Part shown: in pieces, positions 42,991 through 52,521 of the stretch | Layout: the number at the start of each line of letters is the position of its first letter | How positions within the stretch are numbered: position 1 is the first letter of the stretch | Assembly: GCA_964610335.1 (NCBI GenBank) | Contig: CAZSVP010000003.1 | Location: forward strand, 13,531-77,530 | DNA: 64,000 nucleotides | Direction: 5' to 3' | DNA from: an uncultured Candidatus Saccharibacteria bacterium | GTDB taxonomy: Bacteria > Patescibacteriota > Saccharimonadia > CAILAD01 > BJGX01 | Program-made: the position numbers and the translations under genes | Notes under the pieces: model-generated | Databases searched by the model: none | What the model was told of the DNA's origin: nothing | Seen by the model: only the letters and a program-made list of their open reading frames with translations

Positions 42991-45468
42991 TTAATCCACA
43001 ACTTTTTCTAGCACATAGTCGCGGGCGTATTCAGGTATGCGTTTGCGGAGGGATTCGGGCAAATTAGTCCATTCGTCCATTTTGAGCCCTGTAAAGTTTA
43101 ACTCGGCAAAGCGTCCACTATCGATTAGTTCACGTACGTGTGGATCGGTTGCATACGCCGTAAATACATCGCGAGCAGAGCTGTACTGTCCAGGCTCTAC
43201 ACCTTCGTTCTGTACAAACTCTTCAAATTCATCGAGCACAACTTCGTCTTTGCTTTGGAAATTGTCTCTATCGCCAAAAGCAAATTCTAATATTTCTTTA
43301 ATATTTGGGCGCCGATCTAACTTAAAGGCTTTTTTGAACTGGTTGCGGCTAATAAATAGGTTCGGCTTATCAAAGTGTTTTTCAACTACAGCTTTTTCGG
43401 CGCCATATACGTCTCCAGATCTGTAAAGCTCGGCGACTTCTGTATCTGCAGCAATTGCTTGCTTGGCTTTTTCGCCCCAAACTTCTCGGTCTACCCGCAT
43501 ACCTTCAACACTAATTTGCTCTTCTTTGATCGTTTTGAGGTAATCTGCCCGGGCGGCATCGAGTTCCTCTGTAATATAGCGCTTCGTGCCCTCTGGGTCT
43601 TCGGTATTTTTGGTGCCAACTGTTGGGGGTAGCTTGAGTTGTTCGTCATAATTAAACTTTTCTTCAAAGTATTCACATACAGCAAAGAAATCAAAAAGCT
43701 TATAAGCAGTTTTGTCGATAGTAATAACTTCGTTTTGCTGGTCTTCGTAATTAAATTTGGCACGCCTAGTACCGCGGCCTTTCATCTGGATAAAATCAGC
43801 TGGGCTAAAAACTGGGCGCATGAAGGCTACATTTAGTAGGTCCGGGCAATCGTAACCAGTGGTCATCATACCAACCGTTACACAAACACGGGTACGGCTA
43901 GATTTGTAGGCATCTAAAAATCGAGTAGTGCCATTGAGGTTATTATTGGTAAAATTTGTGGTCATGTTTTGGCTGGCTTCGACATTGCTAGTAACTTGTA
44001 CGGCAAAGTCAGAGCTATATTTGCCGGGCCACTTCTTATCTGCGATTTGGTTTAATAGTTGAGTGATTTTGCTAGCGTGAGTTTGGCTTACGCAAAATAC
44101 CAAGCTTTTGCCTACTTCTTCGCTAATAGGGTCGCGCAGGGTGTTGTCTATAAAAGCTTCGCAGAAAGCCACGTTGGTATTTTCATTAAAGAATTTACGC
44201 TCAAAATGTCGGCTAAAGTATACCTGCATTTCTTCGTTACCTTCTTCGTCTTTGCGGTTAACTTCGTAGCCCTCTTCGCTTAAAAGCTGGGTAGTGATTT
44301 CTGTGCGGGCATCCACAACCGTTGGTTGGATAAGGTAACCTTCTTTGGCGCCACGTTTAAGATCGTAGCGGTAGGTGGGCTCGCCACTGTCGCAACCAAA
44401 CGTTTTGTAAGTGTCGAGTAGCTGGCGCCGCTCTTGGTCTTTTTGAGTTTCTTTATTATCTTCGGTGTTTTTAAGATAGTCTTTGGGCGTTGCAGTTAGC
44501 CCAAGTTTGTAACCTATAAAGTATTCAAATACACTACGCGAGTTACCGCCAATAGAGCGATGGGCTTCATCCGATATTACTAAGTCGAAATCTGTTGGAT
44601 CAAACTCCCTTTTGTAGCGATCACCAGCCATAAGGGTTTGAACTGTAGAAACAACAATGCTGGCTTTGCGCCAATCGTCTTTGTTTTCTTTGTAAATACA
44701 AGAAATAAAATCGTTTTTAATATCCTTAAAGCCTTTAAGTGCTTGGTTTTCTAATTCAATTCTGTCTACCAAGAACAGTACGCGGCTGGCATTGCCAGTG
44801 TGGAGAAAAAGTTTGGCAATAGCTACGGTTGTTAGAGTTTTGCCAGTACCAGTAGCCATCTCGAGCAGATATCGCTCTTTGCCGTTTTTTGCAGCCTCTT
44901 GAATTGCATGGATAGCCTCAAGTTGATAATTACGTAAAAACTTTAGTCCATGACGGTCGTTGAACGCCAGACGTTGATTGCCGTCTGCTAACCAATCTGG
45001 GTCTTCAGCGTAATTTGGCATTTGCGTTAGGGCAATATAGTCTTCACTAACTTTTTCAGCTGCCAGTACTTTGTGATCAGGTTTATAATTTTCTAAATCG
45101 AGCAGTGATTTTTGCGAAGGGTAGTCAGTAATGAGTTTCTCAGTGCCGTGCTCAGTGTCCCAAAAGTAGTGGATATTGCCGTTGCTTAAAATAATAAAAC
45201 GAGCTTTGTTATTGCGTGCATATTCACGTGCCTGTTCTTTGCCGTCAAGTGGGTTCTTACCTTCTCGCTTGGCTTCAAGTACAACTAGCGGAAAGCCTTT
45301 GTCATCCAGGAGAAGATAATCAATAAATCCATTTTTGGTATGCTCAAAATCCTCGCCGAGGTCATCGAGCTTAACACCAGCTTCAACTTTGATGCTTTTC
45401 TCAAACTCCCAGCCTGCTTCTTCTAGGAGTTTGTTAATTTTTATTCGAGCCGAGGCTTCTTTACTCAT
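42991..45468 (-). CDS. hsdR: Type I (or Type III-like) restriction enzyme R subunit: an N-terminal PD-(D/E)xK nuclease plus an SF2 helicase
   Basis: N-terminal Mrr/HsdR-type nuclease (…VLEAKREGKN…), Walker A MATGTGKTLT, DEAH box VISDEAHRS, and helicase motifs VI QMKGRGTR. Confidence 0.85.
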   Translation of the reverse strand: MSKEASARIKINKLLEEAGWEFEKSIKVEAGVKLDDLGEDFEHTKNGFIDYLLLDDKGFPLVVLEAKREGKNPLDGKEQAREYARNNKARFIILSNGNIHYFWDTEHGTEKLITDYPSQKSLLDLENYKPDHKVLAAEKVSEDYIALTQMPNYAEDPDWLADGNQRLAFNDRHGLKFLRNYQLEAIHAIQEAAKNGKERYLLEMATGTGKTLTTVAIAKLFLHTGNASRVLFLVDRIELENQALKGFKDIKNDFISCIYKENKDDWRKASIVVSTVQTLMAGDRYKREFDPTDFDLVISDEAHRSIGGNSRSVFEYFIGYKLGLTATPKDYLKNTEDNKETQKDQERRQLLDTYKTFGCDSGEPTYRYDLKRGAKEGYLIQPTVVDARTEITTQLLSEEGYEVNRKDEEGNEEMQVYFSRHFERKFFNENTNVAFCEAFIDNTLRDPISEEVGKSLVFCVSQTHASKITQLLNQIADKKWPGKYSSDFAVQVTSNVEASQNMTTNFTNNNLNGTTRFLDAYKSSRTRVCVTVGMMTTGYDCPDLLNVAFMRPVFSPADFIQMKGRGTRRAKFNYEDQQNEVITIDKTAYKLFDFFAVCEYFEEKFNYDEQLKLPPTVGTKNTEDPEGTKRYITEELDAARADYLKTIKEEQISVEGMRVDREVWGEKAKQAIAADTEVAELYRSGDVYGAEKAVVEKHFDKPNLFISRNQFKKAFKLDRRPNIKEILEFAFGDRDNFQSKDEVVLDEFEEFVQNEGVEPGQYSSARDVFTAYATDPHVRELIDSGRFAELNFTGLKMDEWTNLPESLRKRIPEYARDYVLEKVVD

Positions 45469-45519
45469 GTGTTATATAATACAGTAATGTTGAAAGAAGT
45501 TGAAAGTTACTGGTGACCA

Positions 45520-46050
45520 GTGCTAAAAAGTAAGTACAAACCACAATTAGATAGAGGTGAGGATGGAAAACCACTGCCCACCCTTCGAAACAGAGAAATA
45601 TTTGAAGAGTTAGAGAAAGAACTAGGTAGCAAAGAGGTACTCAAGCGATACGAGCGTGACTATTCGGATTATGCGCAGAAAGTTACGTTTGATCCGCGTA
45701 AGCCCAATGTATTCTTTCGCACCGAAGAGCAAGCCCAAGCAGCCAACAAATATATACATATGCTCAACGAAATGGATTTAGACTATATTGATAGTCGCAA
45801 GACTGCGAAAGATCCGTACTACAAAGCCAATAAGGAACGGCTTGCAAAAATGTCCGATAAGGAGTTTGTAGCTGAGTTCAACAAAGGTGTGAACAACAAG
45901 GAGTGGTCTAGCTCGCATGCAATTTACCTATCACTCATATACGATGAGCTAAACAAACGAAAGTATGACTACTCTGCTATCAGCGTCGATGGTGGTTTCA
46001 AATTTGATAAGAAGATCAAACTAGATGGCAAGAAAATCACAGTATTGTAA
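45520..46050 (+). CDS. Hypothetical protein (AT-rich, divergent from hsdR)
   Basis: 176-aa ORF starting at GTG, Lys/Glu-rich, with no known motif. Confidence 0.4.
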   Translation: MLKSKYKPQLDRGEDGKPLPTLRNREIFEELEKELGSKEVLKRYERDYSDYAQKVTFDPRKPNVFFRTEEQAQAANKYIHMLNEMDLDYIDSRKTAKDPYYKANKERLAKMSDKEFVAEFNKGVNNKEWSSSHAIYLSLIYDELNKRKYDYSAISVDGGFKFDKKIKLDGKKITVL

Positions 46051-46150
46051 AAAAACTTATGTTTGCCAATCTGTTGAATAGATTGTAGAATCTCTTCCAA
46101 GCGCAAAACGCGCTATTTGTTTTTGCCCATCGACAGTAAGGGAGGTAGCG

Positions 46151-46849
46151 ATGACCGAAATCGCTACAAACAAGGATGGCTTCGTTCACAATCGGGTGGT
46201 TCCTGCCATCTGGATCGTGGCTGTGAGCCTGGTGATCATTGCGTTGCCCTGGCAACTCAGCCTGGCTGGTCTGGTGCTGGTGGCTGTGGTGGCTGGCGTG
46301 GAGCTGTGGCGCCTGGTAATCCGACTACGCAACCCATCGAAGTGGGTGGTACGGGTGCCGGTAGCAGTGCAGTGGGCATTGCTTGCTCAGTTTCCGCTCA
46401 CACTAGGTGCTGTGCGCTACCACGCCGGTGCTGGCATGATGGCACTGGTGGTGTTCACCATCTTCCTGTGCGACGTGTCGGCCTTCATCGGTGGCAACAA
46501 GCTGCGTCTCGGCGAGCACAAGATCGCCCCAAAGATCAGCCCCGGCAAGAGCTACGAGGGTGTGGTGCTGGCCTGCGTGTTTGGGCTCATCACTGCCTTC
46601 TTGGTGTGCTGGGTGTGTGGAGTGGACATCAGCACTTCCAAACTGGTGCCATTCGCGCTCAGCCTGGTGCTGGTCGGCGTAGTCGGCGACTTCAACGAGA
46701 GTTGGGTCAAGCGCCAGTCGGGTGAGGATGGCGAGACCAAGGATTCCAGCCACTTGCTGCGCGGCCACGGTGGCATGCTCGATCGGATCGACTCACTGCT
46801 GCCCGCCAGCCTGCTGGCCGCAATCTTGGTGTGGCAAGGCTTGGTCTAG
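46151..46849 (+). CDS. cdsA: Phosphatidate cytidylyltransferase (CDP-diglyceride synthase); conspicuously GC-rich
   Basis: CdsA signature …PGKSYEG… and SxxKRxxGxKDxxxxxPGHGGxxDRxDS (…VKRQSGEDGETKDSSHLLRGHGGMLDRIDS). An AAGGGAGG RBS is present. Confidence 0.85.
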   Translation: MTEIATNKDGFVHNRVVPAIWIVAVSLVIIALPWQLSLAGLVLVAVVAGVELWRLVIRLRNPSKWVVRVPVAVQWALLAQFPLTLGAVRYHAGAGMMALVVFTIFLCDVSAFIGGNKLRLGEHKIAPKISPGKSYEGVVLACVFGLITAFLVCWVCGVDISTSKLVPFALSLVLVGVVGDFNESWVKRQSGEDGETKDSSHLLRGHGGMLDRIDSLLPASLLAAILVWQGLV

Positions 46850-46975
46850 CAAGAAGCCTCAGAAGTAAAAAGCGTTTTGTGCGCAGCCCGAAGCTATTCA
46901 TAGCTTTGGGCTGTTGCATTTTAGTGCAATTGATTGGTGTATGATGGAGTGAGTATTAATACAAGGGAATTAATT

Positions 46976-47356
46976 ATGAACTTATCGACCGCAGATATCA
47001 GCGCTACTGTAGCAACTAGTGATTTGAGCCGAGCCAAACAATTCTATGGCGATACGCTGGGGCTTAAGCAAGCCGAGGAGAATCAGGCCGGGGTGGGCTA
47101 TCGCGGTGCTACAGGGCTAGTATTTGTATACCAATCCGACACCGCCGGCAGTGGCAAGGCTACAGCTGCCAACTTCAATGTTACTGACATAGCTGCTGTG
47201 GCAGCTGAGCTTAAGAGTAAGGGTGTGGAGTTTGAACACTACGACATCCCAGATCTTAAGTGGGAGGGTGATGTAGCTGTAATGGGGCCTATGAAAATGG
47301 CTTGGCTAAAAGACCCAGATGGTAACATCCTCGGCATCACGCAGATGTCTCAATAG
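46976..47356 (+). CDS. Glyoxalase/VOC family protein
   Basis: Typical VOC beta-alpha-beta-beta-beta modules (…FYGDTLGL…, …MAWLKDPDGNILGI…). The ATG at 46976 has an RBS; the track ORF starts at 46934. Confidence 0.7.
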   Translation: MNLSTADISATVATSDLSRAKQFYGDTLGLKQAEENQAGVGYRGATGLVFVYQSDTAGSGKATAANFNVTDIAAVAAELKSKGVEFEHYDIPDLKWEGDVAVMGPMKMAWLKDPDGNILGITQMSQ

Positions 47357-47429
47357 TGCAATAGCCACTCCATGGCAGGTTTGTAAATACTATGCAAACT
47401 ACTTATACTTGAGTTAACCAAGAAGCAAT

Positions 47430-49136
47430 ATGGCTGCATCAAGCAAACCAAGATCCAATACCTCAAAAAAACCCACTAAGGGTGCTGGTTTTCAGTTTCG
47501 ATGGTGGATGGTGGCGGTACTAGTAGCCGCAGTAGCAGTTATTGGCATAGTGGTTATACGGTTTAGTCGAGCTGGTATAGACTCGGTGATTCTTAGAAAT
47601 CCCTATGAGGCTCACAACTATGGGGCAGCTGCGTTGCAAGAAGGCAACACACATCACTTCTTCTGGTGTGGTTGGAACACTTACCTCGATGCTGAGGGCA
47701 AGCCACAACAAGAAGAAGTGGTCTATTATCAAAGCCAAAATGGATTTAAAGGGCAGACTACCCAGGCTTATCCTACTATTAGCTCACGCAAAAAAAGTGG
47801 TGGCTGGGAAAACGGCTCTCACATGTGCGACCCCACAATTGTAATAGGTAGGTTTAACTATAAACAGAACACCTATAAGTATGCCTTGTACTACGATAGC
47901 GACCCCGATAACTCATCGAGACGTACCAAGATCGGGGTGGCGTTTACCAACGCTCTTTCTCCGGACCCTAATCATCCTACGCAATGGACGTTTGTAGATC
48001 ATCCAATAGTTTGCGAGTATGGCCCCAACAAGGACTTTTATGGAGTTGGCACTAGTAGCGCTATTGTTGACCCTAAAGATCCAAGTAAGGTGCAATTATT
48101 CTTTGTCGATACCTCTCATACATCTCCCAGCCTGCCCAACGATAAGCGATCTCAGGGCTTTGTGGTGACTGGCACAAATGGCTATGATTTTGGGTGGTCG
48201 GGCAATTGCCAGCTGTCTCCTAGCGCACCAAAGCCTAAAGCCATAAATACCAACAACCTAAATACCACTGCCTATGGCGACTTTAGCTATGACAAACAGA
48301 ACAATTGGTACTATGGTGTAATAGCCGATGGTGGTGCCATCCGCCAACCAATTCGTGGTGAGGGCGACCCACCTCTAGACCAAGGATTCTACTCTGAGTC
48401 TTATCAACAAATAATAGCTCGCATTCGCCCCGAGGCCTTGGTGGACTCTACCAAGGGTGGCTGGCAGATATTGGGTCATTATAACTCCGATTCCACCAAG
48501 AGTGCGCTCAACTTCAACCCGGGAATTTTACGCAATCCAAGTGGGTACTTGGACAACGAGGTAGCACCACTAATCGATGGTGTGCGAGAACTGTATATAT
48601 GGAATACCCAAATAGTACCAACTAACTTGGCCAGTGGCAGCGAAGATGCCAGCAATGATAGTGGTTTGCAAACCAGTGAGATCAGGCATACCAAGATCAA
48701 GCTGTATGTCTGGACTCCGGGGCGAGTACCGTTGGTAAGATACCTCGATACTACGACCGGTGAGCACGCTACTACCGAGAATGTTAAGCCAAAAGCCACC
48801 TACAAGTATGACAATCAGATCTTCTATGTATTGCCAGATCCCAATGGCATGACTGGCTGGCAGCCAATCTACTCGTGTGTTACAAGTGGTCCGTATGATT
48901 ACTTTCTCTCTACTCATGCCAACTGCGATGGGCATTTGCAACTAGGGCTTGTAGGCTATAGCTTTACTGGAGCTAATCCGCCCAACCTACCGGGGCGTTG
49001 GGTAAGACTCTACCGTTGCTGGTCAATAAACGGTAGTGGTGTAGGCGAAAACTTCATGACAAGCAGCCCACAGTGTGAGGGTAATACAAACCCAGTAGAT
49101 GCATCGTACGGCTGGGTATCTCTGGACCAAAAGTAA
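47430..49136 (+). CDS. MPAKSNVR-family paralog 4: the same basic-plus-TM N-terminus fused to a large extracellular domain of about 520 aa
   Basis: N-terminus MAASSKPRSNTSKKPTKGAGFQFRWWMVAVLVAAVAVIGIVVIRFS matches the family N-terminus. The long C-terminal domain has no recognisable catalytic motif. Confidence 0.6.
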   Translation: MAASSKPRSNTSKKPTKGAGFQFRWWMVAVLVAAVAVIGIVVIRFSRAGIDSVILRNPYEAHNYGAAALQEGNTHHFFWCGWNTYLDAEGKPQQEEVVYYQSQNGFKGQTTQAYPTISSRKKSGGWENGSHMCDPTIVIGRFNYKQNTYKYALYYDSDPDNSSRRTKIGVAFTNALSPDPNHPTQWTFVDHPIVCEYGPNKDFYGVGTSSAIVDPKDPSKVQLFFVDTSHTSPSLPNDKRSQGFVVTGTNGYDFGWSGNCQLSPSAPKPKAINTNNLNTTAYGDFSYDKQNNWYYGVIADGGAIRQPIRGEGDPPLDQGFYSESYQQIIARIRPEALVDSTKGGWQILGHYNSDSTKSALNFNPGILRNPSGYLDNEVAPLIDGVRELYIWNTQIVPTNLASGSEDASNDSGLQTSEIRHTKIKLYVWTPGRVPLVRYLDTTTGEHATTENVKPKATYKYDNQIFYVLPDPNGMTGWQPIYSCVTSGPYDYFLSTHANCDGHLQLGLVGYSFTGANPPNLPGRWVRLYRCWSINGSGVGENFMTSSPQCEGNTNPVDASYGWVSLDQK

Positions 49137-49438
49137 TGGCTAACGTTATGAAAAGATATCATGGATTTGTTATGACTAGCTTGAAGTCGTTTGGTAAGTA
49201 CCCATACAGGGCATTTGGTTGGTTTGAGCTCGACGACGATAAGTTGCGCTACTGGCAGTTTATGGGCGAAAAGGGTGAGGTGGTTTACAAAGATATCACT
49301 GGTTTTACGCTACATTGGCAAACGGTGTATCTCAAACAAGCAGGTAAGCAAGAACTATTGGGGTTCGGTAGTACTATCAACAAGAATAAGGTTATAGCAG
49401 ATCTTATTGACCATGGTGTCAAACAGCTGCAGGAGTGA
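49136..49438 (+). CDS. Hypothetical 100-aa protein translationally coupled to paralog 4 (taATGg overlap)
   Basis: The ATG overlaps the stop codon of the previous gene. No motif was found. Confidence 0.45.
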   Translation: MANVMKRYHGFVMTSLKSFGKYPYRAFGWFELDDDKLRYWQFMGEKGEVVYKDITGFTLHWQTVYLKQAGKQELLGFGSTINKNKVIADLIDHGVKQLQE

Positions 49439-49542
49439 GTCAGATCAAGCCAGGTATCCAAATATATGTTGAATAGCTAGCTTGAGCTGCGGCTCCGGGG
49501 TGTAGTGCCCGGAGCCGCTGGCTCTTCGAAGCGGATGCCTCA

Positions 49543-50361
49543 CTAGACGCGACGGCCATCGTCCTCGTCTTCGTCGGGGTCGAAGTCGTCGTGGTCGGCC
49601 AGACGGGGCGTGAGCGGTGGCACGGTGTCCGACAGTGGCGGCATGACGTACTCGTGAGCTCCGAGAGTGCCATCGACTGGCCCGGCCAGATCGTCGGCGT
49701 TGGTCCCCGGAAGCTCATCGATGTCGAGCAGCACCAGCTGGTCGCCTTCATCGGCCAGCTCGTCGAGCGAGATGACCTCGCTGATGTCTGGCACGGTCAT
49801 GGCGCTCAGCAGGTCCTCGCGCGGCGTGTTCTGGTTGCAGCGCCACTTGTGGTCGGGGTGCTGCTCCTTCCACAACTTGAGCGCGGCGCAGACCTCGGCG
49901 TTGAAGTCGGCCGCGAAGCAGGCCGCCAGCCGGCGGTCGTCGATCTCGCTCTGGGCGCTGGCACCGACGATGGTGCCATCGAGCTCGGCGCTGTGGCCGT
50001 AGAGAAAGCAGCCGTCGGACTGGCGGTGCATCTGCACGTAGGCGCTGATGCCGCAGTCCTGGCCCAGGTTGTGGTGATCGACTGCCTTGGCGAGAGCGTT
50101 GAGGATGTAGCTGTGCCCCTCGGGGCCGATGGCCACGTAGGCCAGCACGGCCTCCACACCCGGCAGCCAGGGCACCGTCGGATCCATCAGCACCAGCCCG
50201 AGGCTGGGGCGCTTGAACGCGGGCAGATCGCTCTGCAGCCGGTGCTCCAGCTTGGCGGAGATGGTCACGAGCAGGGCCCGCAGCACGGGGGTCGGGATGG
50301 TGTGGCTGTAGGGATCGCGAACGATCTTCACGTCCACCTGTGGAGCTTGGGGCTCGGTCAT
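49543..50361 (-). CDS. Hypothetical very GC-rich protein with an acidic C-terminus
   Basis: The ATG at 50361 is preceded by AAGGAAG, and the track ORF extends further to 50487. Composition is strongly GC3-biased, unlike its neighbours. Confidence 0.5.
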   Translation of the reverse strand: MTEPQAPQVDVKIVRDPYSHTIPTPVLRALLVTISAKLEHRLQSDLPAFKRPSLGLVLMDPTVPWLPGVEAVLAYVAIGPEGHSYILNALAKAVDHHNLGQDCGISAYVQMHRQSDGCFLYGHSAELDGTIVGASAQSEIDDRRLAACFAADFNAEVCAALKLWKEQHPDHKWRCNQNTPREDLLSAMTVPDISEVISLDELADEGDQLVLLDIDELPGTNADDLAGPVDGTLGAHEYVMPPLSDTVPPLTPRLADHDDFDPDEDEDDGRRV

Positions 50362-50545
50362 GGGGCTTCCTTTTTTCGAAGAGCTGTACGGAGTCCTGCC
50401 GTACCAGGTCGCGATACTATGCGATCGCTGTATAATACAATAAATCAACGATATAGTCAATGATATTGTCGCCATCGCTTTGACCATTACTGCCGGTTGG
50501 ACTATAGTAAGGTCATAAAAGTATCGTAATAGAAAGTGAGGCTAT

Positions 50546-50746
50546 ATGTTTTTTGATGGTAGTATTATGTCATTATTCTTCTGGTTAATCTGGTTGGTTA
50601 TCTGGGTGGCAATTGCCTTCTGGCCAGCTCGCGTAGCGGCACGCAAGGGGCACAGCTTTGTGCTGTTCTTCATCTTTAGCTTGTTCTTCTTCCCATTGGC
50701 ACTATTGGTCGCCTACTTGGTCAAGCCCAAGACAATGGCATCTTAG
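50546..50746 (+). CDS. Small two-TM membrane protein resembling the superinfection-immunity (Imm) family
   Basis: WPARVAARKGHSFVLFFIFSLFFFPLALLVAY resembles the Imm consensus (…ARGH.N…IFLLNLLLGWT..GW…). 66 aa. Confidence 0.45.
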   Translation: MFFDGSIMSLFFWLIWLVIWVAIAFWPARVAARKGHSFVLFFIFSLFFFPLALLVAYLVKPKTMAS

Positions 50747-50857
50747 TTTTTTGCTAACTGGCTACAAAACTGTTACACTGTCTGCATTATGAATATGCAG
50801 GCTACATCAACTCTTTGTGGGAGCGTGATCGCGACTGAGCGGCCTGTATTTACTATC

Positions 50858-50888
50858 TCCAAAAAGACCCGTTAAGGGTCTTTTTAGT
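50858..50888. terminator. Bidirectional rho-independent terminator (aaaaagacccgttaagggtctttttag)
   Basis: Stem gaccc/gggtc flanked by an A-run and a T-run. Confidence 0.5.
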
Positions 50889-50939
50889 TACATTTATCTA
50901 TAGATTTAAAAGAGCATTAGTTAACTTATAGGAGATATT

Positions 50940-51596
50940 ATGTTACAAGAAATATTGCCAGGTATGCTGGCGAACACTGAGATGTTTATACTCGATCAGG
51001 CTGATATAACTGAGCAAGATGCTCACAAAAACTACTTTGCCTACGCCAATCATAACGACCCTGAGTTACGCGACAAATTTCATAGGGAGGCATTACGTCA
51101 TAGTGGGCAGCGCTACTTGTTTGGCCGCTATCTGGAAGATCGTAGCTTCTTCTTGGCTGGATCACACATAGCGCGCCAGGGCCGCACATTGCATCTGGGA
51201 ATTGATCTATTCAGTATCGATCAAGAGGTGGTGTCGGCACCATGTGATGGTGAGATAGTAGTAAGTGCCAAAGAAGCCGGTGCACATGGCTATGGTAACT
51301 ATCTGATACTGCGACCAGACGACGCCGCGCTGCCATACATCTTCATGGGCCACTTGGCCGACGACAAAATTGGATTGGGCAGGGTAACGGCTGGGCAGAC
51401 AATAGCTCGACTTGGTCACTGGGACAACTATGAAAATGGTGGTTGGAGCATCCATTTACATCTACAGTTACTGCGAGAGTTGCCATCGTCAGGCGAGGCG
51501 CCGATTGGCTATACGTCGCGGCGCGAGTTGGCAGCCAATCGCATCAACTTTCCAGACCCGGTTAGTCTATATCCAGGCTGGGAGGTTAAGCGCTAG
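50940..51596 (+). CDS. M23 (LytM/lysostaphin-type) peptidase-like protein with no signal peptide
   Basis: HxxxD (HLGIDL) … GYGNYLIL … HLHLQL (HxH). Confidence 0.5.
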   Translation: MLQEILPGMLANTEMFILDQADITEQDAHKNYFAYANHNDPELRDKFHREALRHSGQRYLFGRYLEDRSFFLAGSHIARQGRTLHLGIDLFSIDQEVVSAPCDGEIVVSAKEAGAHGYGNYLILRPDDAALPYIFMGHLADDKIGLGRVTAGQTIARLGHWDNYENGGWSIHLHLQLLRELPSSGEAPIGYTSRRELAANRINFPDPVSLYPGWEVKR

Positions 51597-52387
51597 ATAG
51601 TGGTAGATTCTAAACCAGCAAATGGCTGTTTGGCGGCCATGTCATCAATGGTAGCTTCGAGCAACTGACGGGCTACATCGACAGCTGGGCCACTAGTAGG
51701 AGCATGAAACCATTTGAGTCCTGGTGAGTTGTTGACCTCGAGAACCCAGGCTCTGTCAGTGGCGTCGATCATAAAGTCGACAGCGGCAAGACCAAGCCCG
51801 AAGATGTGGGCGATCTGGATAGCCATAGCTTGTAGGGCTGGGTCCCAGCTTTCGGGGGCAAATGAGTGACGCTCAAGCTGACGGTCGTAGGCCACAGAGT
51901 CGCCGTAGACGCTTTCTTGTACCGCAATCACTTTGCCGCGCAACACCAAGTAACGCATCTCACGACCAGGTGTGTACTTTTCGAATATGTATTTGGGGTA
52001 TTTGAGCTCACAAAGTTCGTGTCGATCTGTGATGTGGTGGATGTCGTGACTACCCATACCGCGTTTGGGTTTGGCTATGATGTCGCGGTGAATGGCAAAA
52101 AACACTTCGGCTTCAGCAAGATTGAGCGGTAGGGCAAAGTCGATGTTGGGTAAGCTGTTGCGCTCTAGAATCAGCCTAGTAAAGTATTTGTCGCGTGATT
52201 GGATGATGGCTAGGTGGGAATTGAGGTGACTCTGAGCATGGTCGAAAAACAATTCACCGTGTGGAGTCTGTGCCACAAAGATCTTCTGGTAGTCGAGCCA
52301 CTCTGGCTGCAAGCCCATGTCTTGGGCGGCCATATACAATAATTCAGGAGCGTAAAGTTTGGGTTTGTTAGGTTTCGGAGCAATCAT
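51593..52387 (-). CDS. ATP-grasp family ligase (RimK/glutathione-synthetase-like)
   Basis: ATP-grasp C-terminal motif WVLEVNNSPGL and a central Lys-containing strand. 264 aa. Confidence 0.7.
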   Translation of the reverse strand: MIAPKPNKPKLYAPELLYMAAQDMGLQPEWLDYQKIFVAQTPHGELFFDHAQSHLNSHLAIIQSRDKYFTRLILERNSLPNIDFALPLNLAEAEVFFAIHRDIIAKPKRGMGSHDIHHITDRHELCELKYPKYIFEKYTPGREMRYLVLRGKVIAVQESVYGDSVAYDRQLERHSFAPESWDPALQAMAIQIAHIFGLGLAAVDFMIDATDRAWVLEVNNSPGLKWFHAPTSGPAVDVARQLLEATIDDMAAKQPFAGLESTTI

Positions 52388-52521
52388 AATAAGCTACCAT
52401 TTCTGTTGTCGGCAGCATTGTGAGAGCTTCGACGTCGGTTAGTTTAAGTCTATTATACACCAGATCGCAACAGATAGCGAACCAATATCGACTTGGTGGC
52501 TTATTTGCTACAATAGCAGCC

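Noticed and set aside
46117-46776. ORFs overlapping cdsA on other frames (46117-46725 +, 46403-46768 -, 46552-46776 -)
   Set aside because: These are GC-rich alternative frames. The cdsA frame carries the diagnostic CdsA signature.
49591-50463. 290-aa plus-strand ORF
   Set aside because: It is the mirror-frame ORF of the GC-rich minus-strand gene at 49543-50361, and its translation is low-complexity (V/G/A/R-rich). The minus-strand frame has an RBS and protein-like composition.
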